Below, piece after piece: positions 39,999 to 45,759 of a stretch of 45,759 nt of DNA. Source of the stretch: an uncultured Collinsella sp. Its GTDB lineage: Bacteria; Actinomycetota; Coriobacteriia; Coriobacteriales; Coriobacteriaceae. Under the pieces are notes generated by a model, which did no database searches, was not told the origin of the DNA, and saw only the letters and a list, made by a program, of their open reading frames with translations. The position numbers and the translations under genes were made by a program. The stretch is taken from assembly GCA_900548935.1 (NCBI GenBank), contig URMR01000001.1, forward strand, positions 1 to 45,759, written 5' to 3'. Position 1 is the stretch's first letter. Each line of letters begins with the position of its first letter.

Positions 39999-42187
39999 TC
40001 GATGCGCCCGACCACGCCGTAGAGGAGCGGGGCAATCATTCGACAGGGGCATGGCTCCTTGTCTCCCTGCTGGGGATAGCGCTCTCGGTTGTTGCCGGCA
40101 TGATGAGCTACGGTTACACGACGGCCCAAGCCGAGCAGCGCTTTGCCGACGTTGTCGATTACGTGGCGACGCAGAGCCTTTCCTACGATGCATTCAATAG
40201 CGCCTATACGACCAAAAACCTGATTCGCGTTATGGAGATCGCCGGAGAGACAGCGCGCGATATGGAGCGCGACGGTTCGGTGGATAACGCCGTGCTGGAG
40301 CAATATACCGACCAGTTCAACGTGAGCGCACTGATCGTGACGGACGCATCGGGCAATTTGGTGTCCGAGTCCTCGACGGATGGCGTGGGCTACGAGTCGC
40401 TCGCTACGTATCTTAAGGAAGCACCCGTGCTGGAGGTGGCAGCCCATCCGCTTAAGTCCTATACCGCCCGCATTACGCTTTCGGATGATTCGGTTGCAGA
40501 CATTGGCTGCGTGACCCGGCAAGATGGCGAGGGCATCGTTATCGCGGTCAGGCATCAGAGCGCGAAGGCAGTTGCAAGCAATACGCTCAAACTGCAGGGC
40601 CTGCTCGGTGGTTATGAGACCATCGACAGCGGCAATATCGTGATCGAAAGCGATGGCAAGGTCGTTGCGACCAATGCCGTTGAACCTACCATATTGGGCG
40701 TATTCAATCTGCCTGCAACGGATGTCTTTATTGTCGACGGTATTAAGGATCGATGCCTGCCCGGCAAAGTCCGACTGGTCAACGCCAGCGGCGAGTGGTA
40801 TTTGGGCACATTTGGAAAAGCGCGCGGGTTCTACGTGTACACCTATGCCTCGGCGCGGCGCTACTTTGAGGTCGTCGCGGCTGTTGCTGCCGGTGTGTTG
40901 GTGCTCTACAGCGGTGTTATTGCCGTTGTTGTGATGGCGCGCCGCCGCGCTGATCGTCGACGTTTGACGGACTTGCTGCAGCAGGAGCGCGACTATGGCG
41001 ACAAGCTGGCAAAGGCAGCGCGTGAGGCCTCGTCTGCCAACTCGGCAAAGACGGAGTTTTTGCGTCGCATGAGCCACGATCTGCGCACGCCCATCAACGG
41101 CATTCGCGGCATGGTCGAGGTCGGCGATGCCAATGCGGACGATCTGCAAAAGCAGACCGAGTGTCGCTCAAAGATCTGGACGGCATCGGGACTGCTGCTC
41201 GACCTTGCCAACGAGGCACTCGATATGAGTCGCCTGGAGAGCGGGCAGATCGATCTGAACCTCGTACCCATTAATTTGGTGGCCCTCAACCACGAGGTGC
41301 GCGATATTCTGGAGCGCCAGGCCGAGGAGCGTCTGGTGACAATTATCTGCGACCAGCAGACGCTTGATCATCCCTATGCGCGGGTGAGCGTGACGCACCT
41401 CAAGCGCTTGTTGCTCAATATTGCCGGCAATGCCGTCAAGTACAACCGCCAGGGTGGCTATGTTCGCCTGGTGTGCCGCGAGGTGGAGCCAGCGGATGGC
41501 GTCCCCGTCTATGAATACACGATCGCCGACAACGGTATTGGCATGAGCGAGGAGTTCCAACAGCGCCTCTACGAGCCGTTTTGCCGCGAGGAGCAACAGG
41601 TGGAAGGCGCTTCATCGGGAACTGGCCTGGGCGCGCCTATTGCAAAACAGTTGGTCGAGCTTATGGGCGGAACCATGAGCTTTACGAGCGTCTTGGGGCA
41701 GGGGACGACGTTTACCATCCGCCTGCCGTTCGAGAAGTGCGACCGCTCCGAGATTCCTCAGGCAGTGCGCGTGGACGCGGGAGACGGCGATGCGCTCCAG
41801 GGCTTGCGCGTTTTGCTCGTAGAGGATAACGATCTGAATGCCGAGATCGCGCAGTTTACGCTCAGCCGTGCCGGTGCTGTCGTGACGCATGCTAAGGATG
41901 GCGAGTCTGCCGTCGAGATGTTTGCCGCGAGCGCGCCGCACGAGTACGACGCGGTGTTGATGGACATCATGATGCCTGGCATCGATGGCCTTGAGGCCAC
42001 GCGTCAGATTCGAGCACTCGATCGCGAGGATGCCGCGACCACGCCGATTATCGCTGTGAGTGCCAACGCCTTTGCCGACGACCGCAGGCTTTCGCGTGAG
42101 GCGGGCATGGACGCGCACCTGAGTAAACCCGTGAGCTCGCAAGAGCTCGTCGAGGCGCTAGCGCACATCGCCGCCGACGCTTCATAA
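39995..42187 (+). CDS. Hybrid sensor histidine kinase/response regulator
   Basis: Two TM helices, MSHDLRTPING, NAVKYN, GTGLG, receiver LLVEDN...LMDIMMP...KP; ATGA overlap with the SBP gene. Confidence 0.93.
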   Translation: MIDAPDHAVEERGNHSTGAWLLVSLLGIALSVVAGMMSYGYTTAQAEQRFADVVDYVATQSLSYDAFNSAYTTKNLIRVMEIAGETARDMERDGSVDNAVLEQYTDQFNVSALIVTDASGNLVSESSTDGVGYESLATYLKEAPVLEVAAHPLKSYTARITLSDDSVADIGCVTRQDGEGIVIAVRHQSAKAVASNTLKLQGLLGGYETIDSGNIVIESDGKVVATNAVEPTILGVFNLPATDVFIVDGIKDRCLPGKVRLVNASGEWYLGTFGKARGFYVYTYASARRYFEVVAAVAAGVLVLYSGVIAVVVMARRRADRRRLTDLLQQERDYGDKLAKAAREASSANSAKTEFLRRMSHDLRTPINGIRGMVEVGDANADDLQKQTECRSKIWTASGLLLDLANEALDMSRLESGQIDLNLVPINLVALNHEVRDILERQAEERLVTIICDQQTLDHPYARVSVTHLKRLLLNIAGNAVKYNRQGGYVRLVCREVEPADGVPVYEYTIADNGIGMSEEFQQRLYEPFCREEQQVEGASSGTGLGAPIAKQLVELMGGTMSFTSVLGQGTTFTIRLPFEKCDRSEIPQAVRVDAGDGDALQGLRVLLVEDNDLNAEIAQFTLSRAGAVVTHAKDGESAVEMFAASAPHEYDAVLMDIMMPGIDGLEATRQIRALDREDAATTPIIAVSANAFADDRRLSREAGMDAHLSKPVSSQELVEALAHIAADAS

Positions 42188-42189
42188 GC

Positions 42190-42229
42190 ATATGGCCCGG
42201 TTCCAAGGTGGGTTGGAACCGGGCCATAT
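42190..42229. terminator. Bidirectional terminator-like hairpin between convergent genes
   Basis: ATATGGCCCGGTTCCAA-N6-TTGGAACCGGGCCATAT, 17-bp perfect stem. Confidence 0.8.
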
Positions 42230-42256
42230 TGTTATTGATGAGACCTGCTGAGGGGC

Positions 42257-42736
42257 TTACTTTTCCTGAATCTGCTTGCCGCAAAGATGCTCAATCGTAA
42301 TCTCGTAGAGCTGGACGCCCTTAATGTCCTTGGCGATTTCCTCTTCGACTTCCTCGGCAGAAGGGTAGTACTTAAGTGCGAGCTGGCGGACTTTATCCTC
42401 GATAAACGCGGGAGTGTCATTCGCCAGGCGACAGCGGCCAAAGACCACGGTGCTCATAACGTAGGGAGCCCAGTCACCGTCCTTGTACCACTCGTTGCCG
42501 TAAACGGTAAAGCAGACCTTGTCATCGCGCTTGAGTGCGTCGACCTTGTGGCCAGCTTTGGCGCCATGGAAATAAATCTTGTCGTGCTCGGTGTCAAAGA
42601 AGTAGTTGACGGGAATGGCGTACGGGTAGCCATCGTCGCCGTTGACGGCAAAGACGCCGCGCTTGCAGGTAGCGAGCAGTTCGCGCGCTTCCTCGTCGGT
42701 GATGGCGCGTTTCTTTCGACGTAAGGGCCTAAACAT
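42257..42736 (-). CDS. Pyridoxamine 5'-phosphate oxidase / NimA-like flavin-binding protein
   Basis: MFRPLRRKKR, DDGYPYAIPVNY, IYFHGAKAGHK, VCFTV; AAAGGA RBS. Confidence 0.88.
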   Translation of the reverse strand: MFRPLRRKKRAITDEEARELLATCKRGVFAVNGDDGYPYAIPVNYFFDTEHDKIYFHGAKAGHKVDALKRDDKVCFTVYGNEWYKDGDWAPYVMSTVVFGRCRLANDTPAFIEDKVRQLALKYYPSAEEVEEEIAKDIKGVQLYEITIEHLCGKQIQEK

Positions 42737-42778
42737 CGTTGGCTTCCTTTCTGGTCGTGCGTGGTGGTTGAGCACAAA

Positions 42779-45589
42779 CTATAGCGAAACGGATCCGTTT
42801 TTCTTGATGCGGGCGAGTATGTTTTTGAGCTTGTTAAAGTCGAGCGGTTTGGACAGATGAGCGTTCATGCCGGCGTCGTGTGCCGCCTTGGCGTCCTCGG
42901 CAAAGGCATTGGCGGTGAGCGCGATGATGGGGATATCGGCTGCATCGACCTTCTCGCTCAGACGAATCGCGCGGGTTGCCTCGTAGCCGTCCATGTCCGG
43001 CATCATAATGTCCATCAGGATCGCATCGAAGCTGCCGGCGGGACGGCCAACGTATAGGTCGACCGTTTCGTTGCCGTTGGCGGCACGAGTTACGACGATG
43101 CCTTCGCTTTCGAGCAGAGCCTGGGCAATCTCGGCATTGAGCTCGTTATCTTCTGCCAAAAGGACGTTCATGCCGGCAAGCGAGCAGCTGTTTGCCTGGC
43201 CGTCCGCACGTTCTCTTGCCTGAGGGTTCTTGTCGATATCGAGCGGAATCTGGACGTTGAACGTACTCCCCACGCCAACCTCACTCGAAATCTCAATCGT
43301 GCCGCCCATCAGGTCAATAAGCGACTTGACGATTGGCATGCCCATGCCGGTTCCTTGGAACTTGCTGCGCGCATCGTCACCTTCTTGGGCAAACGGCTCA
43401 TAGATATGCTTTAAAAACTTGGGAGCCATGCCAATGCCGGTATCCGAAACGCTAAAGCAAAAGAGCGCGCGCCCGTTATCGAGTGGCTTGGTCTTTGAGC
43501 TAAAGGTGACGGAGCCGCCGTGCTTGTTGTACTTAATGCTGTTGTCTAACAGGTTGATCATGATCTGTCGGATATGGGTGGGACTGCCGATCATGTATGG
43601 CCCCGTGGCGTACGGCAGACTATTGTCCTGCATTGTGATGCCGTTACTGGACGCGCGGAGCTTGCACAGCACCAGTGTATCGTCACAGAGCTCTTTGAGG
43701 TTAAAAGGTGCATGCTCCAGTGTCAGCTTGCGGTCTTCGATTTTGCCCATCTCGAGGATGTCGTTGATCAGCGAAAGCAGGTGATTGGCGGCAACGCGCG
43801 CCTTGGCACGGCTCTCGCGGGCGACTTGCATATCGCCTTCCTTCAATTCCTCAATCTCGATAAGGCCCAGGATACCGTTGAGCGGCGTACGGATGTCGTG
43901 GCTCATGCGCGTGAGGAATGCCGTCTTAGCGGCGTTGGCAGCATCGGCTTTTTTGCGCTCGGTTCGAGCGCGCACGAGCGCCCAGATGAGCAGGACGATG
44001 CCGACCGACAACATACCGATGAGGGTGGCGGCAATAGCGGTGCGGTTGCGATAAAGGAATCGAAGCGTGTCGGATTCCTGGGCCGTGTACGACGTGGGGG
44101 AGAAATTGCTTGCGGAGAGCGATTCTCCGGCATTGATGATGCCCTTGTTGATGATTCCCAACAGCTCGGGTTTTCCGCGCGAAATCCAGCACGAGAGCTC
44201 ACAGGTGTCAGGGAGCTCGGCCGTCTCGCAGTTCTCGAGATCATAACGGTCACCGATGGTTTTTACGCGTGAACTGGGGGCGAGGATGCAGTGCACCGTT
44301 CCCTTCCTGAGGGCGTCGAACGCTTCATCGTCGGATCGGTATTCGGTCACGGTCGCTGTGGGGAACAGACTTTCGAGTACATTTCGGTTGATAAACGATG
44401 ATTTGGTGCAGGCGATGTTCTGAAGGTCTTTGTTCAGGTTGCTTCCGGTGTGGATGGCGGTGAGGGATATGGTCCCCAACGATATCGACTGCACAACGCC
44501 TGATTGCTCGGCAAACCAGTAATCTCGGTATACCGGCAGCGCAACGTCGATGCTACCCTTTGACAGGGCCTTTGACATCATCTTGTAGTTATCAAAGGCG
44601 ACGGTTTTGACCGTAATGCCAAATTTATCGTGCAACGTCGTCGCAAGCGATGCGAGCGAGCCTTCCATTTTGCCGTCTTCGTCTTCGTTGCAGTAGGGGA
44701 GTTTGCCCGTAATGTAGCCGAGTGTGATGGTGTTGTCATTTGCTTTGAGCCAGGAACGTTCGGAACCGTTGAGCGATGATGAACCGCTGTTTTGGGCCGA
44801 GTAGTTAGATTTGACTTCGTCGATATAGCGTGGGTTGACGCGGGCGATTGCCGTCATGGCGGCATTGATGTCGTCCATCAGGTCGGGGCGGCTTTTGGGG
44901 ACAGCAAAGTAGTAGTCGCTCGAACCGACGTAGAACATGGGCGACGCCTCGGGCGACGAAATGGTGTCGTTCATGATGACGGCATCGACCTCGCCGTTTG
45001 CGAGCGCGGCAAAGAGGGCACCGCCGGTGTTGATTTCTTTATAGGTGCAGGTAATGCCTTCGTTGGCGAGCCACTGCTGGCCAACGAAGGTTTGCATAAC
45101 GTCGGGGTTGTAGCCGATGGTAAGGCCTTGGAGCGCTTGGGGGTCACCCTTGGCCAGATCGTCGCGATCGGGCTTGGCGTAGATGTAGTAGCGCTCGGTG
45201 CCCTCGGGGTTCGAGGAAAAGAGCAGCTTTTGGGCGCGTTCCTCGGAGTAGGAGATGTTGGGCATGAGGTCGATTTCGCCTGCCTCGAGCATGTCCATAA
45301 GCTCGGTGAAGGTGCCGGAGACGTATTCGTACCGCCAGCCGGGCGTGTAGTACGAAAGGGTCTGGAGGTACTCGTAACCCCATCCCGAGAGACGCTCGCC
45401 GGGGGTGCCGTTCTGGAAGCCCTCGTTGTTGACGAGCCAGCCGACGCGGACCGTCTTGACTGGCTGACTAGAGTCATCGGCAAAAGCCTGGACAGGCGCG
45501 ATGGAACTCAGCGCGGCAAGCGCGGCAAGCACAATGGCCAGAGCGCGACATATAACTGAACGAAGGACAGTGGCAGCTCTCACATGCAA
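42779..45589 (-). CDS. Hybrid histidine kinase with tandem periplasmic solute-binding domains (start may be GTG 45583)
   Basis: Signal/TM, two PBP-like domains (GEIDLM, GSIDVAL), MSHDIRTPLNG, NSIKYN, GTGMG, receiver domain. Confidence 0.92.
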   Translation of the reverse strand: MHVRAATVLRSVICRALAIVLAALAALSSIAPVQAFADDSSQPVKTVRVGWLVNNEGFQNGTPGERLSGWGYEYLQTLSYYTPGWRYEYVSGTFTELMDMLEAGEIDLMPNISYSEERAQKLLFSSNPEGTERYYIYAKPDRDDLAKGDPQALQGLTIGYNPDVMQTFVGQQWLANEGITCTYKEINTGGALFAALANGEVDAVIMNDTISSPEASPMFYVGSSDYYFAVPKSRPDLMDDINAAMTAIARVNPRYIDEVKSNYSAQNSGSSSLNGSERSWLKANDNTITLGYITGKLPYCNEDEDGKMEGSLASLATTLHDKFGITVKTVAFDNYKMMSKALSKGSIDVALPVYRDYWFAEQSGVVQSISLGTISLTAIHTGSNLNKDLQNIACTKSSFINRNVLESLFPTATVTEYRSDDEAFDALRKGTVHCILAPSSRVKTIGDRYDLENCETAELPDTCELSCWISRGKPELLGIINKGIINAGESLSASNFSPTSYTAQESDTLRFLYRNRTAIAATLIGMLSVGIVLLIWALVRARTERKKADAANAAKTAFLTRMSHDIRTPLNGILGLIEIEELKEGDMQVARESRAKARVAANHLLSLINDILEMGKIEDRKLTLEHAPFNLKELCDDTLVLCKLRASSNGITMQDNSLPYATGPYMIGSPTHIRQIMINLLDNSIKYNKHGGSVTFSSKTKPLDNGRALFCFSVSDTGIGMAPKFLKHIYEPFAQEGDDARSKFQGTGMGMPIVKSLIDLMGGTIEISSEVGVGSTFNVQIPLDIDKNPQARERADGQANSCSLAGMNVLLAEDNELNAEIAQALLESEGIVVTRAANGNETVDLYVGRPAGSFDAILMDIMMPDMDGYEATRAIRLSEKVDAADIPIIALTANAFAEDAKAAHDAGMNAHLSKPLDFNKLKNILARIKKNGSVSL

Positions 45590-45679
45590 TCCTAACGAAT
45601 CGAGACATAACTACATAAGGATATCAGCTCAGCCTGCCCAGCCGGCAGCAGCATCGCTAAACGCTCCCGCCCGACAGTT

Positions 45680-45695
45680 GGGGACAGTCCCTTTC
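45680..45695. repeat. Second GGGACAGTCCC REP-like core
   Basis: GGGGACAGTCCCTTTC, matching the core at 33411-33424. Confidence 0.6.
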
Positions 45696-45759
45696 TGCCG
45701 GCACAGACGATATGAGCAGGACATAAAAACATTGAGAGCCCCTGCTGCATGAAAGACCG

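Noticed and set aside
42257..42736. Calling this a nim metronidazole-resistance gene
   Set aside because: The family is widespread; sequence alone does not support a resistance function

Overview
A GC-rich bacterial chromosomal segment. Gene content, codon style and repeat motifs suggest a gut Coriobacteriia such as Collinsella (inference, not verified). From left to right it holds: (1) an AdhR/NmlR-type MerR regulator divergent from a flavodoxin, CMD-cupin and alpha/beta-hydrolase operon; (2) a patchy accessory/defence-like region with a split EcsC-like gene, a Zn-ribbon membrane protein, a DUF6508-like protein, a GmrSD-type DUF262-DUF1524 nuclease, a second flavodoxin and an AAA ATPase; (3) a divergent type IIA topoisomerase B/A pair lacking an obvious GyrA box; (4) an XRE + DUF6773-like pair, and a ~1455-aa surface protein with both a twin-arginine signal and an LAXTG anchor behind a LuxR regulator; (5) a very GC-rich PadR-DUF1700 cassette among gene remnants; (6) a two-component system divergent from a CXXC mini-protein, 4Fe-4S membrane protein and TlpA operon; (7) a MacB-like ABC fusion, a Dus-family gene and a palindrome-dense ~1.2 kb intergenic mosaic around an orphan RHH gene; (8) glutaredoxin, an XRE-Zn-ribbon-TipAS fusion, TsaA/TrmO and PatB; (9) two convergent hybrid histidine kinases linked to solute-binding domains. 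No rRNA, tRNA, CRISPR array, integrase or intact transposase was recognised. The most unusual non-coding signal is a set of long, near-perfect palindromes and inverted-repeat elements. All protein-family calls come from motifs recognised by eye, not from database searches.
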